A stretch of 64,000 nucleotides of DNA, taken from Podarcis bocagei (lineage: Eukaryota). Both the position numbers and the translations under genes were made by a program. Every line of letters begins with the position of its first letter. Positions within the stretch are counted from its first letter, which is position 1. The notes beneath the pieces are model-generated. The model was not told the origin of the DNA, did no database searches, and saw nothing but the letters and a program-made list of their open reading frames with translations. Location of the stretch: assembly GCA_964188305.1 (NCBI GenBank), contig OZ076887.1. One strand, written 5' to 3'. Shown in pieces: positions 53,679 through 64,000 of this stretch.

Positions 53679-53811
53679 CTTCCGCATGGCGCAGTACAAG
53701 GAAGACCGACTCCTCCGAGATGATGTACTTGTGCAGGGCCACCATGTTGGGCACACAGCGGGGGATGATGGTCTTTCTCTTCCTGCTGTACTCGCTACTT
53801 TTCCTTAGACC
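53679..53811 (-). CDS. RPS6KC1: RPS6KC1 coding exon (133 nt), GLRKSSEYSRKRKTIIPRCVPNMVALHKYIISEESVFLVLRHAE(G)
   Basis: Within ORF 53530..53886(-); acceptor ctctgtcAG, donor GTgggt; phase 0 in, phase 1 out, joining the next exon in frame. Confidence 0.96.
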
Positions 53812-54852
53812 CTGACAGAGAACAAAAAGGTCAGTTGTACCCTCAGTTGCCTTTGCAGCATGCTGTGCTCGGTGTTTATCAACCAAACTAATCTATCCGA
53901 GTTACTCCAGGCTTCAGAGAAGCCACTCATCTGCTGCTCTATGGCCCTCGGTCCCCCGAGGCCCTGCTGATGGCATCTGGCGCAGGTCCAGAGAACAGAA
54001 GATGGCACAAAGCTCCCATTAAAATCAATTACATGGGTCAATGTTTTCATTAGAATCTCTCGCAAACCAAGTCATCAGGATGACACTCTGTTATTTCCCT
54101 GTGACCTTTTTTAAAAAATCTATTTTGGAGGGTGGGTGGGTGCCATGCTTTAAGTTGGAGAGTAAGGTGCAAATTTTTACATCCACCCACGTTTCATAGG
54201 CAAGCCTTCCCCCTTACACACACACTCCGACCCACTTTTAATGGGTTAGGAGCAAGCACACACCGCTCTGTCTTTCCCTCAGCTTGATGGCGTGACACGG
54301 TTTGTTTCCCAAAGAGGTTATTACTTCAAAAGGTGGCACGGGCAAAGGGAAGCGTGATGAGGGGAGCCTTGCTACTGGTAAACATACAGATAAAATGTGT
54401 TTCAGGAAACTAAAGCAGGTTTTGCCAGCCTGGTGCCCCCCAGATGCTTTGGAGTTGTGGTCCTAAAAATCTGGAGGGCACCAGATTGGCAAAGGCTACA
54501 CAAAGGTCATAAGCATCCATTTGATGGCTTCAGGAGACAGGAGGAGGAGGTGTTGCATTGCCATCCTTAGCTGACAAAGACCTCACAGAACACCTTTTCC
54601 TATCATATTCTCAGGCACAATAATAAAAGGCATCATAGATGGTTCAGGGGAGGCGGATATCCTGAAAGTGGAAAGTGGGGGACTTTTTTCAGCCTGACGG
54701 TGTCATGCGATTTCCCCTTGTATGCTAAACTCCACAAACAGGATGTAAACCAGGGGGGCTCATAATCGCTTCTGGGGGCCACACACCAGTGGTTGGCAAG
54801 GCCAGAAGCAAAAGTCATCAGAGGTAAGAATGTAACATTTGCCTTTGTTCAG

Positions 54853-55250
54853 TATTATCATTATTACTTATTAAATTTGTATACCGCCCTATACCCATAT
54901 ATCTCAGGGCAATTCACGACATAAAGCTACAATATAAAAAATACATAATAAAAATAAGAACAAAGACATACATCTCCCCTTCCACAACACATTTAAAGGG
55001 GTATTGGATGCTCAATCAGCCAAAGGCACGGTTGAAGAGGAACATTTTTGCCAGGCACTTAGAGGGGTACAATGAAGGCGCCAGCCGAACTTCCCTGGGG
55101 AGAGCGTTCCACAAACAGGGAGCCACTGCAGAAAAAGCCCATTCTCGGGGTGCCACCTTCCGGAGCTCTCCTGGAGGAGGCATGCGAAGAAGGCCCTCAG
55201 AAGGTGATCTCAGGGCCCGGGCAGGTTCATATGGAGAGAGGTGGTCCTTA
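54853..55250 (-). mobile_element. L2-type LINE 3' end
   Basis: ORF 55016..55270(-) AFSAVAPCLWNALPREVRLAPSL..F; terminal stem-loop and (TAA)n-like tail near 54853-54915. Confidence 0.8.
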
Positions 55251-55561
55251 AGGCTTGTTTCTACACACAAACATCTCTATCCTCCATGTAGACAAGCAAG
55301 AGGCTCTATTTTGTGTTGATGCCAACTGAGCCTCACCAACTCAGGGGACAACCAGCAATACTCTGACAGATGATCTCAGTGATCAAGCTGGGATATAAGG
55401 GTTCAGGTGGGCCCCTAAGGTACCCTGGACCTAAGTTGTTCAAGGCTTTATCAATTAGTGCCTGTGGCACTTTGGGGTCTTGATTTTGTTGACTGAATCT
55501 GTGGGCAGGCGAGGAGACAATATCAGCGCACCAAGTGATATAGGAAAAAATAATGACTTAC

Positions 55562-55609
55562 CTTCAGTATAAATGTCTGCTGTGTCCTAGTATCCATTAC
55601 CAGCAAAAC
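55562..55609 (-). CDS. RPS6KC1: RPS6KC1 coding exon (48 nt), VLLVMDTRTQQTFILK, kinase-like N-lobe
   Basis: Manual minus-strand translation; acceptor tttcatttAG, donor GTaagt; phase 0/0; matches the recalled RPS6KC1 peptide VLLVMDTRTEQTFILK. Too short for the ORF track. Confidence 0.93.
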
Positions 55610-56658
55610 CTAAATGAAACCAGCAATTACAAAAATGCAGGCAATTTGTATGAGCTTTCACGGAACAGCTCTTATGGCCTCCTCTCTGCATATCAGAGAG
55701 TACAAGACCCCCGCAAAGGAACTCTACAAAAACCCTCGAATATACGCAACAACTCATTGCATTTTTAGAAAAACAGTAATGCTGCAAAGGCTTAACAAGA
55801 CACGGGGTCATTCAGGAATGCAACGTGATAGTACGGTGTATCAGCTTTTACACACCAGTACACAACTCCCTAACTCCCACTTGATTTTAGAGTGTTTGCT
55901 ATCTGCTATTTTAATAATGTGTATGTTCCCACCCAGGGACCACTGACTTTGCTGCTTTGTTTTGAGAGGGGCATTACAGAGAACCAGTTTACCACAGCAG
56001 GAGAACAATGTATGAGCTACAGAGGAAGAAGCAACTTTTAATAGGAGTCTTATCTGTTGTGCAAATCAGACCCTTTGCAGAATATGATTGCATCAGCTTA
56101 GAACAAAATCGAGAGAAGTCCACTTTCTTCTCAAATATGATGAACACAGCCACAGCTATACCACCCTCGCCCAATGTGTTAGCATTACCTTTGTCAACGC
56201 TAATGTCCTGGTTTATCTCATAGTCATAAATGGTTGGGTGATGACACCTAATTTGGGCTTGTATTTACTGACTATCCAAAGTGTAAACTTGCTACAGGGA
56301 TGCCCATGGTTAGCTCCAGTCCTTATCCAGTGGCAATTATCCAGATACTCTGAACGCAGAAACCTGCAAGTGGTCAGAACTTCTAGAATCTTGTTTGATC
56401 CTCATACCAAGATTTCCCCCAAAGCTAAAGAGCTTCTGTTGCAGAACTCATTCAGAGCATGATCCATATGCGTATTGTGGACATTTAAAGATCTCATATA
56501 TAGTAGGGCTGCCATACGTCCGACCTTCCCAGTCATAGCCAAGATTCATCCGCTGAAAATGGTGTCTGGCTGGAATTATCAGGAAGCGGCTAAAATATCC
56601 AGGAAAACCCGGGCATATGGCAGCCCATATTGGCAATGTTGATTTTTTAGCAACTTTC

Positions 56659-56710
<52 letters not shown>

Positions 56711-56757
56711 GGTTTTGGTGTCTTCGGGTGTCTTCCCGTGTAAGAGTTGGGGTGTCT

Positions 56758-56798
56758 AGGCGACGTTTCGACGAGGTCTCACTCGTCATCTTCAGGCT
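56758..56798 (-). ncRNA. Minimal type I hammerhead ribozyme motif, mirror copy, sense to RPS6KC1 pre-mRNA
   Basis: Reverse complement of 57505-57545. Confidence 0.7.
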
Positions 56799-57504
56799 GG
56801 TGCTTTCGGCTTCTTGTTACTGGAACAGAGCAGGATCTCAGTGTTTGAGTTCCTATAAATACTGTTGAGGGGGTGTGGTGTATAGCCTCCAACGTTCTGG
56901 GCAGAGAGGAAGTTCCCAGGTTAGTGTGTCTTTTCTTCTTTTGTTCATTAATTACTTGAGGGATATCTTGAGTGATTTCTTGAGTGATATTCTGAGTACC
57001 ACTTAGGAGGGTCATTAGGTGTGGATTAGTTGCTAAAGCTTTCGTGTCTTGACCTCTTGAGCTTGAGAAGAGTTTTTTCTGAGAAGATGGCTGTACTGCA
57101 CTTAGTTGTGCTCTGGCTTGGCTTCGTGTATAGGGGCGAGCTGTGGTTTTGTGCCCTGTGCCAGCCAGATCTGTGTAGGGATTGCAGGGGGGTGCAGCAT
57201 CCGGAGGTGCCACTATCTTCTCAGAAAAAACTCTTCTCAAGCTCAAGAGGTCAAGACACGAAAGCTTTAGCAACTAATCCACACCTAATGACCCTCCTAA
57301 GTGGTACTCAGAATATCACTCAAGAAATCACTCAAGATATCCCTCAAGTAATTAATGAACAAAAGAAGAAAAGACACACTAACCTGGGAACTTCCTCTCT
57401 GCCCAGAACGTTGGAGGCTATACACCACACCCCCTCAACAGTATTTATAGGAACTCAAACACTGAGATCCTGCTCTGTTCCAGTAACAAGAAGCCGAAAG
57501 CACC

Positions 57505-57545
57505 AGCCTGAAGATGACGAGTGAGACCTCGTCGAAACGTCGCCT
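57505..57545 (+). ncRNA. Minimal type I hammerhead ribozyme motif (PLE-associated)
   Basis: agc-CTGAAGA-t-GACGAG-tgagac-CTCGTC-GAAA-CG-TC^gcct: 6-bp helix II, loopless palindromic helix III (ACGT), short helix I; predicted cut after 57541. Confidence 0.7.
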
Positions 57546-57624
57546 AGACACCCCAACTCTTACACGGGAAGACACCCGAAGACACCAAAACCTGCATTCC
57601 TGTACCCGTGAAAATCTACGAAAG

Positions 57625-57676
<52 letters not shown>

Positions 57677-59772
57677 AAAACTTCCATTTTATTTTATTTC
57701 TTTTTGGGGGGGGAGCTCAACAACTTCTGCATCTGGATTTTCACTTTCTGAAATATGGCAACCCTAGTATATAGTTTGTTTATTTGTGTATTGTAAATTA
57801 TCTATGATTCTATTATTTATCCCAGTTAATACAATGAAGACTTCTAATAACATGCAATAAAAGCAACATTCAATAAAAGTTCCAAAACGCTAGGTAATAA
57901 TTCTAGCTTCATGGAGATCAGTAACAAAATGGTGTGGCATATTCATGGTTCGTGCCAGAATAGTCACTCTATTCCCTCTTCCACCCATTTTCCACGGCCC
58001 CTGCCTCTGCCAACAGACAGTTATCACTCTTTGCCCATTGAACAGGCTCAGTCCTTGCCATGATGTTTTTGAGGTGTTCTCCCTCCCCGCAGTCTCCCCA
58101 CTCCCTGGAAATATTATTTGTACTTCGGAAAACCCTAGGGTTCGTTCCCAAGCGGGATGATACTTTTCCTTGCAGGCGTGTAGTGCCATTTTGGCTACAT
58201 GAAGAACAGCACTCAGATAAATGAATTCACTTCTACCATGCACATACACACAAGTGCTGATTCTACGTCCCTAGGTTGGTGAGTTTCCCATCAAGATTTT
58301 ATAAGATTGTAAATCAGGGCTATTTAAAAGCAGACTAGGAACTGATAGGATAAATCATAGCAGGAAAATTGAGCTGTGGTCTCCCTGTTTAGCCACAAGG
58401 CAAGGGTGGAAAAGACATGCCAAATTAAAATAGATAAAAATGCTTAGAAAGTGATACATCAATTTTCCCAGGGACTTTGTCTTTTCAACCAAGTTTGTTT
58501 TCAGCTAGCTAACATTCACATTGAGGCAGTAAATACAAGAACATATGTGATTTTTTTTTTAAATGTGCCCTTTGACTGTCAATTTTTCCCAAACAGGTGT
58601 TGGTTAAATGATTATAAATTGGCCCCTGGATACACCTCTTCAACTGAGCCGTACAGGACTGGAGATAATATAATTAGAGTAAAAACATCAGGCTGGTGAA
58701 TGCTTTCCATCTGCTTGGCAATAATGTTTAGTTAACAATAGTCTTTAAAAAGAAGCACCTTCAACTTCCCTTCTTAAAGTTATTTATAGGGCCATTCTTA
58801 ACACCCCAGCACTCTCGCTAACAAGAGCTTTAGCCACTTGGAAATTATAAGCCATACGGCTAATTCCGAAAAAGAAACGTCTGCACACAACATCTGCAGC
58901 TCTCCAATTTTAAATGAAGCAACCTCATTTTAGAGTCATTTCTTAATGAATGGGCCTACGACTCTGTATTAATATTATCATTGCATACACAAAGATCATA
59001 AGGAGCCAAGCATTTATTTGGGGGGGGGGAATACCAACACAAGGCTAATCGGTAGTGAAGCCGTCAGCATAAAGGACAGAATAATAGCTTCTTTAACCCA
59101 CAAGAGGGCTGGATCATTTGTAGGCTACAACATACCAATTTAATAACACTGCTCATGGCTTTGCTCACCTTTATAAAGACAAAAATCTAATTTGGACTAA
59201 TTTGATATGATCGTCTTCCCAATCAAAAGCGCCCAACACAGACTTTCATTTCAGGATAAAACAACTGCTGTAACCAAGCCGTCATGAAATAATTACCTTT
59301 GATAGCATATCTTTATTGGGACAAATACCATTAAAAGAATGCTCCCTTTAATTCTTCCTGTACCTCCCAACTAGTATGTGGGGTGGCTCTTAATTGTCTA
59401 AACAGGAGTAGGTCACATGTTGACCACAAGCCACATCAACTCTTCCCCAGAATCTCCACAAATGACCTTGAGCACAGCTCACCCACATCCTATTCTTGTC
59501 CACTGCAGAAGCGCCATTTTTGCTGAGCTTTGCCAACTCAAAGCTGGAAACAATGGCCAACCACTTCGTCAAGCACTGCTCACCAATCTTCGATCTCCTC
59601 CTATTTTTCACGTCAGGCCTTGATGGAAGCAGGCACCAATTTTCTTGCAACTGTGAAAATTCTACGCTCAAAATTCACCAGCGAGGTAAAAAGAGGAAAG
59701 CCAATCCTAACAATACACACTTCCATTTTGTTTTAACAGAGAACTGTTCCTTTTAGCAACCTTTTTTTTAAA

Positions 59773-60120
59773 AGTAAAGGTAAAGGTAAATGACCCTTGG
59801 ATCACAGAATCACATGGTTAAATCCAGTCAAAGGTGTCCGTGGGGTGCGGCATCTTGCTTCAGACCAAGGGAGCCAGCGTTTGTCCGCAGACAGCTTTCC
59901 GGGTCATGTGGCCAGCATGATTAAACAGCTTCTGGCACATGAGAACATCGTGACGGAAACCAGAGTGCACGGAAACGTCCTTTACCATCCTGCCACAGTG
60001 GTACCTATTTTTCTACTTGCACTGATATGCTTTCGAACTGCTAGGTTGGCAGGAGCTGGGACAGAGCAACGGGAGCTCACCCTGTCACATGAATTCGAAC
60101 CTCCAACCTTCTGATCGGCA
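59773..60120 (-). mobile_element. Sauria SINE, older subfamily, 5'-truncated
   Basis: (AAAGGT)n tail and core shared with 10951-11305. Confidence 0.85.
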
Positions 60121-60995
60121 CCCACATCTCTTTCCTTTTTTAGTAAATAGCGTAGAAGCAGATGCATTGGTATAGCCACAGAAATATCGTCTATTTTTAT
60201 GAAGGCTCTGATATATGTATCACTAATACATGTGGTAAGATCACAGCATACCACCTCCTGGCTCACGTCAGATTTCATACGTTTCCATGGGCGGTGAACC
60301 ACCATTTTGTCAGCATTCATGACTTGCCAAATGGCCACATGCCCAAGAAGCCACCATTATCTCAACTGTTTGCCCACCAGTGAAATTCTAGGCAGGTTTA
60401 CCCAGAAGTCAGTCATTTGTGTTTAATAGGGCTTTCCCTTGTTTTTATGTCTTTAGGATTGCCATCTAAATCTTCACCTGACAAAATTAGGATGTTTTGA
60501 CCAGGGAGGCTTGAGGAATATGATTTCTGTGAATTCCAATGTGAACTGACATGCCCTGCTGGATGAATTGTGAAGATCAGAATATAATTATCCTTCTGAT
60601 TTTGTACTTCCCAAGATTTGGTGATACGGTTCTCAGCTAAAAAATTAAATGCCCATGCAGTTTTTATTGAGTTAAGAGACTCCATCAGTGTGATACGTTG
60701 CCTGGCTGTACCTGTAAAGGTAAGAAAGGTAAAGGAGCCCTGGATGGTCCAGTCAAACTTAACTGTGGAGGGTGGCGCTCATCTTGCTTCAGTGAACGTG
60801 ACATCTGAAAACGAGCCCTGATTTAAAAAAAAAAAAGCTTTCTGAACTCTAAACCAACACAATCACCTCATACTTTAAAACCCTGATTAGCTACTACTTG
60901 TACTAGGACGGAGTGACGCAGCATCTCAACCCCACTGTCAGCCCTCAAAGGAGTCTGCTAGCAAGTTCTGCCACTAAGGATGCCAGCCTTCCTCA

Positions 60996-61433
60996 CCATA
61001 GCTTAGTGGTAAAGAATCTGTCCTGGATAAAGAAGGTTCTAGGTTCAATCTGCAGCATCCCCAGGTAGGGCTTGAATAAACCCTTGCCTGAAACTCTGGA
61101 GAGACTCTGCCAGTCAGTGTAGACAATACTGAGCTAGGTGGACCCATGGTCTGACTCAGTTCAGTCGTATTCCCACGTTGAACGCCTTGCGAGTCGAATG
61201 CTTTGCCTCCCAAATGCCGCAGCCCTGGAAGTGAGTGTTCTGGTTTGCAAACTTTATTTGGAACCCAAACGTTCGATGTGGGTTCCGCAGCTTCCGATTG
61301 GCTGCTGGAGCTTCCTGCAGCCAATCGGAAGCCGCGCCTTGGTTTCTGAACGTTTTGGAAGTCGAACAGACTTCCAGAACGGATTCCGCTCCACTTCCGA
61401 GGTACGACTGTATAAGGCACCTTCTTATAGTCC
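60996..61433 (+). mobile_element. tRNA-derived SINE (Squam3-like) interrupted by a mariner-type MITE
   Basis: Same head and body as 63416; tail gactcagt|ataaggcaccttcttat is split at 61162-61410. Confidence 0.75.
61162..61410. mobile_element. Tc1/mariner-type MITE
   Basis: TIR CAGTCGTA... / ...GAGGTACGACTG|TA; internal palindrome gcttccgattggctgc...gcagccaatcggaagc. Confidence 0.8.
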
Positions 61434-62183
61434 CTTTGCTCTAGTCTAGATGAGCAAAGCAGAAAGAAAAGACTAGGCTATGATCCCCAAAGCGGCTGTA
61501 TTTGGACAGGGGCCTCTGGTTCTCTCTGGTTTGCTTTCAACTGCTCTGCAGCCAAAATGGCACCTCTCCATAATGGCGCCCATCACAGTAGGACTTTGGG
61601 GCAGGATTCCAGGGTCCCACACAGCTATGTGGGGCAGAAGGGCCAGAAAACACAGAAGAGCCGGCGTTCCGCATTTAGAAGCGAACAATTTGATCCACTT
61701 TACCATCTAAACAGGGTGTGGGTGGGTGTCCCCATTAAGACCATTAAGAACTGAGCCTAAAATGACCAAACTGCACAACTGCCTCTCCGACAACTTAGTG
61801 AGGGTTTTTTTTATTAAAAAAACCCAGCTGACTACAAAACCTTTACTAATGCTTTAAAGACAAATATACAGATCACATTGAAACAGTAAGAGGAAAAACC
61901 AAGTCAATGCCTTCAAAGGCCTCTTTGTGCTTTGACAGTAGTTTCAGTCTCCAAGTCAGCAGTATAAAGCTCTAAAAATTGCATGTAAAATTAGGACAAA
62001 TTATTGTAAGTGGAGCAGCAAGGGAACATTAACGATATCTAAGACAGTAACACGGTAATTTCGGAAGAGGGCAGGGCTGCAAAACAAGAAATAAAGAAAT
62101 AATCCCATTTTATTTTTACGTCCCCAAAGTTGAGGATTGACACAAATACTGTTATTGTAACTTTGTAACTGTGCAAAGGTGTA

Positions 62184-62488
62184 CCGTATTTTTTCCGTGT
62201 ATTAGACGAGGTTTTTTGACTAAAAAATTGTGTCAAAAACTGGGGTTGTCCAATACACAGGTAGTGGGGGGGGGCTACACGCCACCAGCCAGCCGGCTGA
62301 CGGGAGCGCAACTTCCCTCGATGCTGCTGCGCGCGGGAAACAATCTAGGGAGTGTTTCCTGCCCATAGCTGCATAGGGAGAGAAGCTCAACAGCTTTGGG
62401 TCGTCTCCCCTCATTTTCTTAAAACTGAGTCCCCAAAAATAGGGGGGGTCCTTATACATGGGGGCGTCTTATAGATGGAAATTTACGG
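62184..62488. mobile_element. Tigger/pogo-like MITE
   Basis: TA|CCGTATTTTTTCCGTGTATTAGACG ... CGTCTTATAGATGGAAATTTACGG|TA. Confidence 0.8.
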
Positions 62489-63415
62489 TACTTAACTGGA
62501 AATCAAGGAACCTGCAGCCCATATGGATGCTTTAAAAACATTTCCACTGAAATAAATGGGGTTCAGTCCCAGGATTGCACAGCATTGCAGCCTTGGCTCC
62601 ACATGAAGACTTAGGCTGGCAAAATCTAAATTACTCCCCGTTCCACCCCGTCACTATAAAATAAAATAATTGGGATCGAACAGTTTTGTTTACCAAAAAA
62701 AGGAGAAGGGAAGACAAGTTTTGTGAAAATAAATAAATGCATTTTTAAAAAACAAAAACTGGAGGGTTGTTTATTTGTTTTTAAGCTGGAAAATATCCAC
62801 AATTTAGCCTAAAGAAAAGAGTTGATTTTTTAAAAAAGTAAAAAAACCTTTAAACACACAGAAATTAGCAACTGTTTCGGTATGCTAATTTTTTTTAATT
62901 AAAAGATACTTCTGCAGCAAGAGCTCTTTCATATGCACTGCTGACTCTTCATCAAAAGCAAAGTTTCCAACTTAACACCAGCCTAGCTGGTGGCAGCCTG
63001 AAGGTTTACCATCTGCTGCCACCCCAAGTCACGGTGGCCACCTTCAGAACATATGCATCAAAGCGCCAAGATAAGAGACAGAAGGAATGCTGCAGAAGTC
63101 AGCAGAAAGGGAGGGGAGCCGAAAGCCCAGAGGCGGGCAACAGGCAAGCCACCAGAAAAAGGGAATATGGCGAATCGCGAAGTCACCTTATTCAACTCCC
63201 AGCCAAGGTCACAAGGGACACAACTAGATGAACTACGAGCCAGGAATAAAATGCGCCTGTCTCCAGTCGGTTTTTCCTTCAACAGAAACTTGCATAGATG
63301 GATTCAGAGGGACAATTTGCGTATCAGGGGGTAGTAAAACACCCCACAGGGACTTAATTCTGCTTCCCTGGATCAGTTTTTGTTTGCAAAACCCCATAAG
63401 ACATTCAGTGCTTTA

Positions 63416-63592
63416 TGGGAAGAGGCGTAGCTCGGTGGTAGAGCATCTGTCTTGCATGCAGAAGGTCCCAGGTTCAATCCCTGGCCTCTCCAGTTTGGGC
63501 TGAAAACCCAGAGAGCTGCTGCCAGTCAGTGTAGACCGTGCTGAACTAGATGGACCAATAGTCCAACTCGGTGTTAAGACAACGTCCTAGGT
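63416..63592 (+). mobile_element. tRNA-derived SINE (Squam3-like)
   Basis: gtagctcggtggtagagc...ggttcaatcc head followed by gagagctgctgccagtcagtgtagac...ctagatggacca body. Confidence 0.75.
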
Positions 63593-63678
63593 CTGCACCT
63601 CAATACTTTCCATTGGCTGGTGTAAAACAGAATCCCAAATGGAGACCCAGGGAGTATAAAATAAAGAAATTTCACAAA

Positions 63679-63826
63679 GGTATCTCCGTCGGTAAAACGT
63701 GAGACTCTTAAATTTTAGGCTCATGAGTTCAAGTCCAATGTTGGGCAAAAGATTCCTGCACTGCAGGGATTGGACTTACGATGACCCTTGTGGTCCCGTC
63801 CAACTCTACAGCTCTATGCTCTATGA
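63679..63826 (+). mobile_element. tRNA-Lys-derived SINE with CR1 tail (Squam2-like)
   Basis: Decayed tRNA-Lys(CTT) head (gagactcttaa...gttcaagtccaatgttgggc) plus CR1 3' end ggtcccgtccaactctacagctctatgctctatg. Confidence 0.7.
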
Positions 63827-64000
63827 AACTGAGGGTCAGAGTACATGTTTTATATGAGAATGTGGCGATCACACAGGGTCCCCGGACGTTTGACGGTCTA
63901 TTAATCCCTGTGCCACCACTGTGATTGCTTCCCCGCTGCCACCAACCTGTTTCTCTCGGGTACACACTGAGTCCAGGCAGTTGTTAACCTTAAACCAAAT

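Larger units (their letters stand above)
56706..57628. mobile_element. Penelope-like element remnant: inverted duplication of the pLTR/3' terminus (arms 56706-57088 and 57215-57597, 126-bp spacer)
   Basis: Arms are reverse complements (coordinate sums constant at 114303; the ORF track shows mirror-image ORFs); hammerhead core in each arm; PLE-like terminus ...cccgtgaaaatctacgaaagc; (TA)n on both sides. Confidence 0.8.
56504..57766. mobile_element. hAT-type MITE hosting the (TA)n tract and the Penelope insertion
   Basis: TIRs TAGGGCTGCCATA / TATGGCAACCCTA; 8-bp TSD ATATATAG / GTATATAG (7/8). Confidence 0.75.

Noticed and set aside
56779-57524. Two 164-aa mirror ORFs on opposite strands (plus 56448..56789 and 57514..57774)
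   Set aside because: By-product of the inverted repeat; non-ATG starts, no RT or GIY-YIG motifs, no splice support.
40341-60120. Inverted SINE pair that could drive exon circularisation
   Set aside because: The intronic Sauria SINE copies at 40341 and 59773 have the same orientation.
63416-63495. tRNA-like sequence with A and B boxes
   Set aside because: Acceptor stem is broken and it runs into a SINE body, so it is a SINE head rather than a tRNA gene. The same applies to 63679-63750 and the Sauria SINE heads.
1-64000. CRISPR array, operon or other prokaryotic system
   Set aside because: The sequence is spliced vertebrate DNA with no regularly spaced repeat-spacer pattern.

Overview
This is vertebrate genomic DNA, almost certainly from a lacertid lizard: it carries young Sauria/Squam1 SINEs, Squam2- and Squam3-like SINEs and squamate-type hAT, Tc1-mariner and Harbinger MITEs. 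The right ~60% holds the 3' half of RPS6KC1 (split pseudokinase) on the minus strand. Six coding exons are recognisable by peptide, splice sites and phase: 55562-55609, 53679-53811, 46215-47688 (runs into an N-gap), 32188-32270, 31208-31303 and 27362-27472 (stop). One expected ~90-nt exon is not visible and probably lies in the 436-N gap. The left ~26 kb is gene-free and repeat-rich, with a few enhancer-like blocks. The most striking structure is intronic, at 56504-57766: a 383-bp, essentially perfect inverted repeat of a Penelope-like retroelement terminus. Each arm carries a minimal hammerhead-ribozyme motif, and the repeat sits in a (TA)n tract inside a hAT MITE. A second Penelope-derived fold-back family with a hammerhead core occurs at 48068-48276 and 11712-12165. 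Repeat family names and human comparisons are from recall, not database searches.
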